From assembly GCF_009914755.1 (NCBI RefSeq), contig NC_060929.1: a stretch of 64,000 bases of DNA; one strand, 5' to 3'. A program made the translations under genes and the position numbers. Below, in pieces: positions 12,620 through 26,343 of the stretch (its first letter is position 1; the number at the start of each line of letters is the position of its first letter). The notes under the pieces are model-generated. The model did no database searches and had not been told where the DNA came from. It saw only the letters and a list, made by a program, of their open reading frames with translations. This stretch comes from the human T2T-CHM13v2.0 reference genome, Homo sapiens.

Positions 12620-13365
12620 TCCTCTCACTACACCTCCAAGCCAGAGACCTGGGAATGATCTCGATCTGACCTTCTCCCTTTCTTCCTCCACCTAATCAGT
12701 CACCAAGACCTCCTGCTCCACTTCCTTTCATGTTTCACTCTTCCCAAGTCACCTCTACAAATGCTGCCTTCAGTCTCTCAGCTTTCAATCCATCCTCCTC
12801 ACCGCTGCCTGCTTGCTCTTTCTAAAGAATAGATAAAATTGAATTATATAACTCCCTGCTAAGAACCATTCCAAACCTTGTCATAGTCCTGGAGAAAAGT
12901 ACAGGCTCCTACCATGAATTCCAAGATTCTCTCTGAGGTGAGTCCTGCCTCCTCCTGTGGGTGCAGGGGATGGGTAGGTGCTGGTATGTTCAGCAACGCC
13001 TTCTTCTAGCTGCCCATATTATCCCCATGCTTAAATGCTTCATTGCATGTGCTTTTACATGGGCTGTTGTCTCTGTGGAATATTGTTTCTTCTTTCTCAA
13101 ACTATGAACTATTAAACATTTACTTATCCTTCCAAACTCATCTCAAGTGTTGCTTTTTCAAGAAGCCCCTGCTGAACATCCCCTCCCAGCCTCTCCCCAC
13201 ATCACACTTTATCCTGTGGTACGTATGGCGTTGGATATACATGTGTGTCTCCCTCTGTAGACTAAATGTCTTGAGAGCTGGACTTACTTCCTTATCTTTG
13301 CACATCCTGTGCTCAGTACAGTGCCTTGCCCACCATGTATCTCAAAAATTTTTAAATAAATGAGA
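12620..13365 (+). mobile_element. L2 3' fragment
   Basis: Pyrimidine-rich body (CCAAGCCAGAGACCTGGGAATGATCC...) ending GACTAAATGTCTTGAGAG...CAGTGCCTTGCCCAC...AAATAAATGA. Confidence 0.65.
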
Positions 13366-13689
13366 GAAAAATGTGTGTTGAATCATTCATCTTTCATTTT
13401 TTCAGGTGACTTTCTTTAGGTATATTCTATTTCCTTTAAATTGATTTTCACATTTGCCTCTTAGGATACTGGGACATGAAGACAGATTCTCTTTGAAGCT
13501 GCTGCTCAGACACTTTTTCAACAGTTTTCTCAATGGTTTATATACTTACTTATTACTTGGTCACTAATAACAACCTTAAGGAGGAGGCTGGAAAATATCA
13601 GTGACCCAGAGTAAATCTCCAGGCTAAAATCTATGGGTCAGAGACCAGATAAGGAATCCTTTTCCCCCTATCATCAGAGAGGATATTTA

Positions 13690-13870
13690 ATAATTAATAT
13701 TTATGAGGCACTCTGTTTTGAGTACTTAAAAGATGCCTTACAATTACTTTCTTATTTAGTTCTCACAGCAGCCCTAGGTAGGAGGCGTCACTGTTATCAT
13801 CTTTTTTTTTTTTTTTTTTTTTTAACAGATGAGGAAACAAAGATTTAGAGATTTGAAGCAGTTTGTCTGC
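13690..13870 (-). mobile_element. MIR with internal poly-T run
   Basis: TTCTCACAGCAGCCCTAGGTAGG...ACAGATGAGGAAAC MIR core. Confidence 0.7.
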
Positions 13871-14342
13871 CACTAAGCTCCTTCCTCCTGGCGACTGCCA
13901 AGTGGCCAGACACTCACCTGAGTTGTTGAGGAGTAGAATAAAGCTTTGATTGGGCTCTTCCCATTCATCTGTTATTTTTTGTTGTTGTTGTTTTTATTCT
14001 AAGATGAGTAACCATCATCTTGAGAATAAAACATTATAGCTGCCTTCTTTGGTCATCAATCCTATAAAAAAAAAAACTATGGAAAAAGGTGTATTTAAAG
14101 AGGTAAGGGCTCCAGTACTATTGTTGAAATTAAGATCAGTTTCTTACTTATAAATTCCAGTCATCTTCCTGTGATACTGCTGCTGCCAGAAAATAAAAGC
14201 GTCTTATGGAAGGAAGTTGTACTGCTGCATATAAAATGCAGGCCTCTTGAGGAGGCACAGAAAAGCTTGGTTTTGAGAGTCATTCACAGAGCTATTCCAT
14301 AGATAAATAGAAGGAGCTAAACACTTTGGAAGCCACAGAAAC

Positions 14343-14535
14343 TCAATAGTTCTTAAACTGTTTTCAGTCTGAGAGTCTTAAGAGCATCATATGAAAGCTA
14401 TGGATTCTTTCCTTGAAGAGAAAAGATGTCCACACATACCCCGCTTTGTATTTAATTTTAGGGATTTCAAGGATCCATTGAATCTCGTCTGTGGATTTCC
14501 TGGGACTCCTTGGACTCCAGGTTAAAAAATCTGTT
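14343..14535. mobile_element. hAT-Charlie MITE remnant (MER112-like)
   Basis: Degenerate inverted termini CAATAGTTCTTAAACTG ... CCAGGTTAAAAAATCTG. Confidence 0.4.
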
Positions 14536-15904
14536 TTAAAAGCTGATGCAGAAGGAAGATATTAGCCATTGTTGAATGTTTACTGTGTTTGACATGTAAC
14601 CATTTATTCAGTGTTTACCGGATGCCAGCCCTTTTTGAAAGGTACATTATAGCTAAGCCATGCATTATGAGTCCAGTTTTAAGCCATGGAGGAGAACGAG
14701 GTTCAGAGAGGGAACTCACAGTCTCCCACTGGGAAAGTACTGAGAATAGAATTAAACACAGAACCCAGGTTTGTATCACCACTACTTCATGCTGCTTCCG
14801 CACTCATTCATGCAACCAAATGAAGCTTAAGACTTGTGCCACTGAAATTTGGATCCTCTGTTGGTCCTGACTTCCCTCAGCCTTCAGCTTCTCTTGTTAA
14901 AAGTAAGTTAAGTGGCTGCTTCTGCCACAAGAGCTTCCTGGAATGTGTCCAGTGCAAGAGCAGTCAAGGGCTGGGAAGGTCTCACCTCACTCTCCTCCTT
15001 CACCTGTGACAATGTTTTCACAGTGGGACAGATAACATCATTAGAGTGACAGCACTACTGGTTTGATCATCTCTAGGTAAGTTTCTACTTCTTACTCATT
15101 TCCGAGTACAGTTTGCACACTTGGAAACTTTAACTTAACAGATGCTCAACAGCAAAAATGACTGCAAATTCTCCATGTGACCCCTCTTCCACAGTATTTA
15201 TTGAGGCCTGTATTCTGGGCTCTGTCCTCTAAGTTGCGGTCACAGCAGTGAGCAGACAGATGTGGGTCCTGAGCTCATGGTATTTATAGCTAGCTTATAT
15301 CTAGCTAGGAAGGGGGCTAATAAATAATCGAAATAAAGCGTGGTAAGTGTTATGAAAAAGGAAGTATCAAGAATTTATTCTATTCAAGTTTCTTCATTCT
15401 TTTCAGCTTAAAAACTCTGATCACAAAACATTGTATGTTTCTCCAGCCCTTTCTTCCCCCAGGATGTTTAGAGTGCTTCAGGTTTCCGAAAACTTAGTTG
15501 ACAGAGTCAGGGGGATATGCAGGCCAAGCAGTTAATCTCAGTCCCCGCTTTGCAGATGAGAAGGCAACAGTGACCAAATGACTTAACCACAGATGGAGTG
15601 AAGACAGGGGTAACTGCTTGGTCTGGTCCCCAGTAGAGCATTGCTCACTATAAACCACAAGCTGCTTCTAATTTATTTGAGATGTTATTATCGTGGCCTT
15701 TATATTCTGGTCTCTCTTGCTGCAAATGAGTCCGGCAGGCAAGCACAACTCAGAAAGCAAATTCACCTTCTTTGTAGCCCTTGATGGGTCGGTCCCCCTG
15801 TTGTCTCTTTCTCATTCCATAGGCATTTCCCCCACTCACCCTCTTGCCCTGAGACCGCCTCCCCAGATTTTCTCCTGAAGCATTGTCTTGTGACTGCACC
15901 AACC

Positions 15905-16225
15905 TACACTGGCAGATAGAAATGTAATAGGATCCATGAATGGGAGCCATGCAGGCAATTTCATATTTTATAGCAGGCGCGCTTAAAAAAGTAAAAGGGA
16001 ACAGGTGACATCAATTTTAATAATATATCTTACCCAATATAGCCAAAATGGTAGCATTTCCATATGTAATCCATATAAAAAATCATTAACCAAGTACCTT
16101 ACATTCTTTTTTTCCCATATTACATCTTTGAAATTTGGTGTATGTTTTTTACTTACCTCAATTCAGAATGGCCACATTCCAATGTGGCCACAGGTGGCTG
16201 GTGACCCCTGCAGTGGACTTCAGGC
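15905..16225. mobile_element. MER33 (hAT-Charlie)
   Basis: AAAAAAGTAAAAGGGAACAGGTGACATCAATTTTAATAATATA...GGCCACAGGTGGCTGGTG pattern. Confidence 0.7.
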
Positions 16226-19200
16226 TTGGACTCTGAGGAGACCCTGGGATGCCTAAGACAGACTTAGTGACCACCTCCTCAGCCTCCCTCGACACTTAGC
16301 TCAGATCTTTATTGCTGCTCCAATAGAAGGTTCACAAGGTTGTTTTCTCAAACCTGGGTTCTTGAGGGAAGGGAATATGTCTTTGTCATCTTTCTATCTC
16401 TCATGTAGAGTGCAGTGTTTAGAAAGCCCACCATTGGCAGTGGGTACATGGTGAATCATTAATGAACAAAGGAGGGATAACTGTAACTCCAGGAGTTGAA
16501 GGGCTTGGTATATGGAGGCTTACCTGTCCAACCCCTGCTCCCTGGCTCTGTTCCCCCATCGCAGGGGCTCCTGTTTCAATCTCCCATCTTTGTCCAGTGC
16601 TGCAGAACCACATTGGAGTCAGATTGAATGGACAGGAGGCATCTCCAGTCACACATCTAGGCTTCTAACCTAGAATTGTATTGAGACTGTATACACCTTG
16701 TTTAGTTTTTGTTTCACCTCTTTTAATACCAAATACTAGAAGAACTTATAAGCAGTCTAGTATGTGAAATCATAAGTCTTATTCAACAACATGGAAAAAA
16801 AAAACAAAAAAACAGGACAGACCAAACACAAAAACAAAAACTCGTCCAGTGAACAAGCCTCCTGTTGAGATTGCAAACAAGGCCAACTGACATATATAGA
16901 ACATTAAATATACAAGAGAAGAGTAGCCTGCATCAGGGAGCTGTTAGAGTCATCACGATGAACTTTCTGTTTCCAGTGGTTTTAGAGTCATCACTACTCC
17001 CTCTGAGAGAACTGGAGATTTATATCCTATGTCAATTTGCCTTTGCACATGCAGTATTTAAATTTTGCAAGTGCTTCTAACCAACTAATGTGCATGTTAG
17101 CTTATCTACTTTACCCCCAAAGATAAGTGTCACTTCAAATAATTCATATAACCCAACCTAAAAGATTGGTACTTCCATAAAACCATACTAACCACATATT
17201 CAAATAAATTCAAAGTTTGAAAATGGAGGGAAATATGTTTGATCTGTTAAGTCATATAAACATTTTTAAAAGGGATTTTTATCTCAGAAAACAGCACGGT
17301 TACCTCAGGCCCACTTAAAGAGTACATTGGACTGGAAAGTTGAATAAGGTCTAACCTCAGTTTTACCATTGATTACCAGTTTCAACCTGGAGAGCTCATT
17401 GACCTGCTTTGAGTTTTTGTTTCTGAGTGCATACAGGAAAAATAAATCCTGCTGTCACACACTATGTTTTAGGAGGATGAATGAAGTCTAGAAAATGTTT
17501 TAAACAATTCCTCAAAAAAGATATTTGGAACAGTTTGAGGGTGAGGTAGCTTGCCAATAATTCCACAAAGTAAAATCTTAAAAATAATAGCATACATTCT
17601 ATAGCAGATAACTAAACATTAGCCATGTTTAAGTAATTTGATGATCTTGTCTTTACTAAGACAAGGACACTTCAAAATAGAATTTTGCATCTGTTGGCTA
17701 CAGTTTTGGGAATGCTGCTTTCATTTGGGATTCTTAAAAAAGAATTCGTGCCTCTTTGCAACTAAAATATATTTCTTCAAAGATGACAGCTCTGGTGTTC
17801 TGTGTTGGTGTAATTGAAAACCTATAAAAAGGCTGAGAGCTACTTTTGAATTGGCTCAGTGAACTTGGACTGGATTTGTCGAAGTGGTGAAAGGTTTAAA
17901 AGAATTTTCATAAATGAGGTCTCCAAGCTGTGTTTTAACCATAGAATTCCAATGAACTCCAAGGCCCATGAACTCGGGCAACAGCGCCTCAGAGAAGAGC
18001 AGTCATATCAAGATGAAAATAAGTGATTCATTTTCATTCCCCACGTTCTGCAGACATAAGCACACTTAGCCACTGATAATCATAATTTAGCAGTACTGTT
18101 GTGCACTAAAAATACAATTTAAAAGTCTAATCTTTAATTAAGTTGAGTACTCACAGATTAACGTGGTTACAAATCTTGGGCACTGGATGTAGTACAGTGT
18201 TTACTCCTGTTGCTAGGAAATACAGCAGAGCTATTTGAAAGTTACAGATTGATTTGGTGAGAAGGATGTGAGCCTCTCCCAGCAACAGACTTGCTCATTG
18301 CTTCTCTCTTATGTAATGTATGTAAATGCATTTCATGCCGTGGAAGTCCTGTGCATTCAAAGCTTTTGTTGCCAATGGAAGCACAGGTGTGTGCACCTAA
18401 GTCAACGTTCAGAGGATATTTGAAAAAGTGGTCTTACCTAGAACTCCTGGATAAAATAAGCATCACGATGTGTGAGTATTTGAGTTTTCAGTGAAATGAA
18501 GTTTTCTATTTGTTAGAGTTACCACGAAAATAGAGTGTTCTTTAAAATCTAATTATCGTGAGGCTAATTGATGGCTTTGCATTCCTGCCATTAGTGGGAA
18601 GCTGTCAAATTAGTACAGAAATTCGATCCAGGTTGATGGTTTTCCAAAATTATTAAAATGTGCATGTAGGAAACCAACTCTGCTTTACTTTTCTTTCTCC
18701 TCCCCCCTCCAATCCCCTCCCTGCTTTGGCAAACCTTGTTGCGTGACACATCGTACAACCGTTTTTAAAAATGCAAAGATGATTCTTACACAGCATGAAA
18801 GGGAGTAGCTACATGTCAGTTCACTTGCCTTGTCCCTGAATAAGATGAAAGATTGCTATGTGCTATTTTAGTCAGGACCAGGTGTGAAAGAGTGGCCTCC
18901 CCAAGCTCAAAAACAGGACTAAGAAAAAACCCACAGGGAAAAATTTCTATTTGATCTATTTGAGGCAGGCCCTTCCACAAAGGGACTGGTATTTCAAAGC
19001 AGGGTCCTTCCTAAGAGATGAAAAAAATAGCAGAATACTTAATTGTCTCAAGGAACAAAATCAGGAGTAGGATGACTTGTGCTGATTGTGAAATTATATC
19101 CTACATCCAAGCTTAGAACAACCTGGATAGAATTAGGGAAGGGTCCTGCTGGGGACCAGGATCACCACTCTACTCCAGCATGCGTGCTCATGACCTCTCA

Positions 19201-19994
19201 GTAATTAACACACTTTTACTTGCCCTGTGGATAATTATTGACTAATTCCTATAGAAAGCCAGTTGTTGATTTTGGTATGAATTGTTTTCTCAATGTATAC
19301 GAGTATCTTTCACAGTGTCTGGTATGTATTGTATGATCAGTATATGTCTGTGGAATAAATGAATCCTTCAACATGTCTAACAAGTAAACGTGTTCCTAAT
19401 ATAAGTTTTAAGGCTTATTCCATTGCAGCTAATAGAGGTTAGGGGCTTGTTTCACAAAAGATATCTTGTTACCTGTTATTTACACTCAGAACATCCATCT
19501 GAGGCAAGGTGCTGTCAAACAAGTAGGCAAAATGCCATGTGATGGAAGGTTTCACTGCTCAGCCACTAGTAGTAATTGGTGATGGAATTATAAGATGTTT
19601 AAGACCCACCATTACAGAACATTTGATTCTAGAAGGGAATTTGGAGCTTTGACAATAATGAGATGGAAAAGTAAGATAAAACTGGCACATGGATTACAAG
19701 TTTCTTAAGGGTATTCTAGTCATTCCCCCTATCTCCCAAAACACCTGACAGCATAGAAATAACATGGGATCGAGGTGGTGGAAAGGAGGCAGAATAACAT
19801 AATAACTGATTATGAGCATGGGCTTGAACCTCAGAACAAGGCCTGGCTCAGCGGCTTACTGTGTGTGATTTGGAACAGCGTATTGAACCCCTCAGTATTT
19901 TGATATGGTTTCTTCCCTTTTTTTTATCAACAAATATCTATTGATTATCTCATTTCTTCAAGGCAAGTTTGGGACACTTGGGATAAAATAAGAC

Positions 19995-20467
19995 TAGTGG
20001 ATTATCAGATCCATTCTCCCTTTCTCCACCTGCTCTGTGTGATAAGATGGCTGGCCAGCCTTATGGAATCCAATCAGCAGGCTCCCTTGTTCTCTGGCTT
20101 CCGGTTGGGTTTGGCCAATGGGGTGGATCAGCAAAAGATTAACAAACAGGTAGGGAGGGAGAGGTTTGGGTATTTTATTCCCTGGGCTCCCATCTTACCA
20201 GATCACCTCTCCCTACTACAAGGCACATGTGCTTACAGGCAGCTGTCTCCCTATGGCTGTTCTCTGGGTCCTAGTAACTGTGCCCTCCCCAAGCAACTTT
20301 AAGCTGATAACTGCTCCCTTTTAGTCTTACTAGCTCAGAGTACTACATCATTGCTTGCAGTTTCTCTAAACCTTGGCCACAGCTTTGCAAATGCCCTTTT
20401 TACTAAACAACTCTCAAATTGCATTTGAGTATGCCATCTATTTTCTTTGGGGAACCTGACTGACACA
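19995..20467. mobile_element. ERVL LTR (LTR33-like) within MIR/L2 remnants
   Basis: GGCTCCCTTGTTCTCTGGCTTCCGGTTGGGTTTGGCCAATGGG core; terminus CCTGACTGACACA. Confidence 0.6.
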
Positions 20468-21439
20468 GTGATTACCTGTCTCAGAGGACACTGTAAGAAT
20501 GGCAGGATTTATCAGGAATTTAGTATAACTATTAGCTCTTACTATGCATTCAACAAAGGATTATTGTCATCATTAGCTTTTTTATTTTTTTACAAAGTAT
20601 TCGCAATATTTTTGCATTCTTCAATTTTTTTTGAGTGAGAAGAAATCTATTACCTTGCAAGTGTTAAAGATGGGGAAAAATGAAACAGAGGTCAAGGGCT
20701 AAGGTCACACAGTGCTTCAGTGGCAGAACTAAAAAGTGAAGTGAGGGTTTCCTATCTTGTTTCTGTGCACGTCGTACACAGTTACAATATGTCTGGAAGA
20801 GAAAGTTGCAGCTTCAAAGTTAAGTAAATTAAAACATAACCTAATTGGGATAATTGGGTATGCTTAAACTAATAAACTCTATTTGTGACCACTGAATAAT
20901 AATTGGGGTGAAATATTGACAGCTCAGCATCTTCAACTTAATTACTGTAAGGGCTGAGGCTAAGCATTTTCACATTTATATCCTCCTGGTAGTTTCAAGA
21001 CAGATGATCCTTAGGAATGAATTTCTTGTAGGCTCTTGAGGGTAGATCTGTTTATAAGCAACACTGAATAGGAGACCAGCATTCTAATGCTTGTGTAGTA
21101 GGTTTTTCTACTCATACACATTTGTCTGACTTCTCTCTTAGAGCTCTCATTCATAAGCCACATAAAGTAGGTCACTCTGTGATATTTAGAGTCATCTCAT
21201 CTGTAACTTATAGTACACTCATTAACCTGTTTTTCAAGAATGAAAACTAACAAATTCCCTAAAGAAGTAGTGGTCATCTTGAAAAACAAAACATACTACT
21301 ACAACTTCTTTCCATTTGATAATAAATTTGTCATAGTTATTGAAATTTCAAACCTCATGAGTGTATCTTTCACTGCCTTGGAAAAATTGTCCAAGTATTC
21401 TCTTATAGAATAGAGAGAAAGGGAACTTCAGAAATGTCT

Positions 21440-21441
<2 letters not shown>

Positions 21442-21473
<32 letters not shown>
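21442..21473. repeat. Poly-T run (32 nt)
   Basis: Directly visible homopolymer. Confidence 0.95.
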
Positions 21474-21477
<4 letters not shown>

Positions 21478-21772
21478 TTAAGTAGAGTCAAGGGAGGAAT
21501 AGCAATTTGCAAGGTCTTTTGATGTCAGCCCAAATAAGGATTTATAGATTGTCCCTTCTGTGTAAGGAGCTGAGTAGACAAAAACAAATATCTTGTTGCC
21601 AGAAGAGCTCATGCTTCTAGAAGGAATTATTTTCATTTAAACATTTGGGTCTCCCTCTCACTTTTATAAACATCTTATTTAAGGCCAGCTCCAGGTGGAA
21701 GTCCTGCCTTCTGTCTTTATAAAGAAAATGCTTTCATAGAGTGGACACTTAACATATATAAACTTTCTCAAC

Positions 21773-21807
21773 TATGTATGTATGTATGTATGTATGTATG
21801 TATGTAT
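21773..21807. repeat. (TATG)8 microsatellite
   Basis: Directly visible. Confidence 0.95.
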
Positions 21808-22236
21808 TGCCTTTGAATTATCCTTTCTGGAGGAGATACTAGATCAAAGTACCGTAATGATCTCCCAGTTGATCCAAGTGAAATCTCCTTTTGTTTGTTC
21901 CAGACCTCTACTTCTGTTTAGATTTCATTTCTTTTTATTTTTTGCCTCAAGTGAAATAAAGTCCAATTTTTATTGAGAGGAACTAGTGTATTCCTAGTCA
22001 TTACTATTCTAAATGATTTCACTGTTTTCACCACATCAGTTGTGTTGACATGAGTACCAGTAATGTGGTAATAAAGTTCCTAATGGATCATACTGGAAAT
22101 ATCACGTTATACCCAAGAACCTTCCTTGGCTGCTTGCCAAACAGAAGTAGGCATAGGTTCTTTAGAGTAATTGATGATGTTTGCAGATGGAGGACACATT
22201 ATTTCGGGCAGTCATTCTATAAATATGCTCTGGTAC

Positions 22237-22599
22237 TGTATGGTTTGGCTCTGTGTCCCCTCCCAAATCTCATCTTGAATTATAATCCCTACATGTCAAT
22301 GGAGGGACCTGGTAGGAGGTGACTGGATCACAGGGGCAGTATCCCCCATGTTGTTCTCATAATAGTGAGGGAGTCCACACGAAATCTGGTGGTTTAAAAG
22401 TGGCAGTTGCCCCTGAGCTCTTTCTCTCTCCTGTCACCTTGTGAAGAAGGTACTTGCTTCCCCTTTGCCTTCCACCATGATTATAAGTTTCCTGAGGCCT
22501 TCCCAGTCATGTGGAACTGTGAGTCAATTAAACCTCTTCCCTTTATAAAGTACCCAGTCTCAGATAGTTCTTACAGCAGTGTGAAAACGGACTTATATA
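22237..22599 (+). mobile_element. THE1 solo LTR (THE1D-like, ERVL-MaLR)
   Basis: TGTATGGTTTGGCTCTGTGTCCCC...CAGTGTGAAAACGGACTTATATA; perfect 5-bp TSD GGTAC (22232-36, 22600-04). Confidence 0.92.
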
Positions 22600-23049
22600 G
22601 GTACATTTCTTTGTGTGTATGCAGTCTTTTTCTTCTAGCTAATTTCTGTCTGGTGGAGAAGAAACATTTGTATGTCAGTAGTGGAGTCATGTGCCAAGTG
22701 CTATAGTCAGAAGGAGAGAGGGAACTATGATCTCCATGTGAAATGGGGAGGAAGATGGTTAGATTTTCAAAGGCATCACAGGAAAAGTCTCATGTGATTT
22801 AGGGTTAAAGGCCAAGTGGGTATTCACTAGGCAGAAAATTTAGGGGACAGTGTTGGGATTAGACAGAACTTGGGAAACTAGATATAAGTATTTTGATGTG
22901 ACTTCACAGTAAAATGTATAGTACAGAGTATCAGAAGATAATGTTAAAAGGATAGTTTGAGCCAAGTCTTGATCTGTTTCCCATTGCAGTAAGAGAAAGC
23001 TTATATATCTTTTTCAATGAATGTGATTAATAAATAATCCTACATAGAT

Positions 23050-23990
23050 TATGTCACTCATTCTCAAGGTTTATACTATCACCTGTGTTGGTGACTTCCA
23101 AATTTGTATTTCTAGTCCTGGGCTAGAGATCCTCTTTGTCTTCTGGCCATCAGCATTTTGATGTTTATCAGCTCTTGCAAAGTCTGCACCCGCAAAGTAA
23201 ACTCATTACCTTCCCTTCAAAATCTTGGCTCTGTCCAAATTTCCTAGTTTGGTGAATAGCCCCAGCTTTCAAAAAATTATCCATAAATACTCCCTTCTCT
23301 TGAACCCTCTCAATATTTTCCAATATCTAAACACTCAACAATTCTTGGCTTACTTATTTGTTAAATTGTTCTGAATATTATTGTCTCCTTTCCATCCCCA
23401 TTTCTTGTAGTATCTTTTTTTTGGATTGTCATTATTTTCTCTTTCAATTACTGCAGCAACATCTTAACTGAATTCTACACCTTTCTGATCAGTTCTTGCT
23501 CCGTTAACACATTGATCTTTCTCAAATTGATCACATCAGTGATTTTGCTAGTAAATTTTTCGTAAGTCCTTGCTTGCTTTAGTATAAAATCCTAAAACAC
23601 TTAGCATGACATTTAAGCCCTTATGATTTGAGCCTTGCCCACTTGTCCAGCTTCATGGGACCCATGGCCAGTCCCTTACCCTTTTCTAGCCTTATTGAAT
23701 AACTTGAAGATTCCTAAAATTTCCAAAGTTTGTTAGTCTTCTGGGTATTTTCCTGTTCCTGTTCCTGTTTCCATGCTTCTTACCCTGTCAACTCATTTCT
23801 CTTAACCTCTGCCGTTACTCAAGTTGGGGTAAAGTGTTTCCACAATTGTATGGTGATAAATTATTTACTCTTCTCTGTCTCAACTAGACTGCAGGCTCCT
23901 CAATGCCAGGCACCATGTTTCATTCATGTCTGCCACATTTTCAATGCTTAGCTTCATGTCTGGCACAGAATTATAGCAAAAATAATAGTG
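23050..23990 (+). mobile_element. Highly diverged L2 fragment
   Basis: GGTGACTTCCAAATTTGTATTTCTAGTCCTG...ACTAGACTGCAGGCTCCTCAA...ATGTCTGGCACAG L2 landmarks. Confidence 0.6.
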
Positions 23991-24729
23991 TTTACTGAGC
24001 ACTTATTGTATACCAGACAAGGTGCTAATTTGTTTACATACATTATTTCCTTTAAAGGAGAAGAAATCAATCTATGCTTTGGAAAGGTAATGTGGCAAAA
24101 AAAAAAAAAAAAAGATTTGAGTACAAGATTTATTACAGGGAGTTCAATCAGGATTATTTCAGGAAAACAAATGAGAATTAAAAAGAGGTTAATTATTCAT
24201 AATACTCCCTCTCTTGAACCTCCCGGTGTCTCCCAATATCGAAACACTCAAAAAGCCTTGCCTTATTTAGTTGTTAAATTGTTCTCAATTTATGGTCTCC
24301 TTTCTATCCCCATTTCCAGTAGGGTAGGGGAAATAGAAATCAAGTGAAGAAAATTTATGATAGTAATTCATAAAGGTATTGAATGGACAGATAGATAAAT
24401 GAAAAGACAGCCCAGCATATGTTTGTTAGAACTCACTGAGGAGCTTACTTTAACTTACAAATCTGAATAACTTTGGTGCAAAAAGCTTATTAAGATTAGA
24501 GGAGCAGAAACAGCTTATGTGTCCAAAAGCAGATATATCATGAGAGAGTAAAATAACATGGCTTTTAAAAATAGATATTTAAAATTATAAAGGTACATAC
24601 AAATTATTAAGTTAGATTCAAAAGCAGTTTTCAAGTAAATATGGAAATATGTATCTTAGAATTACTCTCATCAAAATGGAACTTCAAGTGGAGCCATCAT
24701 AAGCTTAGGAGTTGTCAATGGAGACTAAC

Positions 24730-25254
<525 letters not shown>

Positions 25255-25518
25255 TCATTTCTTAACAATAGTGAGAAAGTGAGCAGTTACAGCATTTGTA
25301 TTTCAACTTATATTTTCACCTGGCTTTCATATCTTGTAGATGTGTTATAACAGAAAATTTGCCTAGTTTTATATGAAAAATACAATTTGCATACTAAAAT
25401 TTACTTAAAGGAACTTTGCATTGTGAGGGTACAGTCTAAGTGCCTTTGGTTTTCCCATATGATTCATGAAAAAATTTACTGAGATGAACAAATGTTAGTA
25501 GTAAGCCATCATTTAATT

Positions 25519-26056
25519 CAGCAGTCCCTAACCTTTTTGGCACCAGGGACTGGTCTCATGGAAGACAATTTTTCCATAGTTGGGGGAGGGGATAGTTTCA
25601 GGATGATTCAAGCGCATTACGTTTATTGTACACTTTATTTCTATTATTATTACATTGTAATATATGATGAAATAATTGTACAACTCATCATAATGTAGAG
25701 TCAGTGGAAGCCCTGAGATTGTTTTCCTGCAACTAGATGGTCCCATTGGTGATGGTTGTGGAGGGGTTGATGGGAGACAGTGAGAGATCATCAGACATTA
25801 GATTCTCACAAGGAGCGCACAACCTAGATCCCTCACATGTGCAGTTCGCAATAGGATTCATGCTCCTATGAGAATCTAATGCCACTGCTGATCTGACGGG
25901 AGGTGGCGCTTGGGAAGTAATGCCAGCAGTGGGGAACAGGTGTAAACACAGAGGAAGCTTTGCTTGCTCACTGCTGTTCACCTTCTCCTGTGTAGCCTGG
26001 TTCCTAACAGGACTCGAACTGATATCAGTCCATGGCCCAGGGATTGGGGACCCCTG
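25519..26056. mobile_element. MER1A (hAT-Charlie), full length
   Basis: Inverted termini CAGCAGTCCCTAACC ... GATTGGGGACCCCTG; 8-bp TSD ATTTAATT/ATTTAATG; CATTAGATTCTCACAAGGAGCGCACAACCTAGATCCCTC core. Confidence 0.92.
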
Positions 26057-26343
26057 ATTTAATGCACACAATTTATTAAAAATATGGTCCCTAGTTAATT
26101 CCTGTGTGACGTGAAATCTCAAGTTCATTGGGTTTTAAATGTTCATTAAGCAGTCCCTTTTACTATTCACTATTTTAGCTACTTAGTCAAACACCTTAAC
26201 AGAAAGGCTCCTTAAAAATACACTGTTTCCCAGAAGTTCAGAAGATATAATTAGTCTCTACATATTTTCAATGTACAAATATTGTGTCCTTATGGAGAAT
26301 TACTTAAGAAATAAAAAAATACATATTCACTGATTTAATGACC

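Noticed and set aside
15441-15680. Strong acceptor CCCTTTCTTCCCCCAG (15462) ahead of a MIR-like stretch; also considered as a snoRNA/miRNA
   Set aside because: Only weak donors follow; no C/D or H/ACA box arrangement or long hairpin that I can support.
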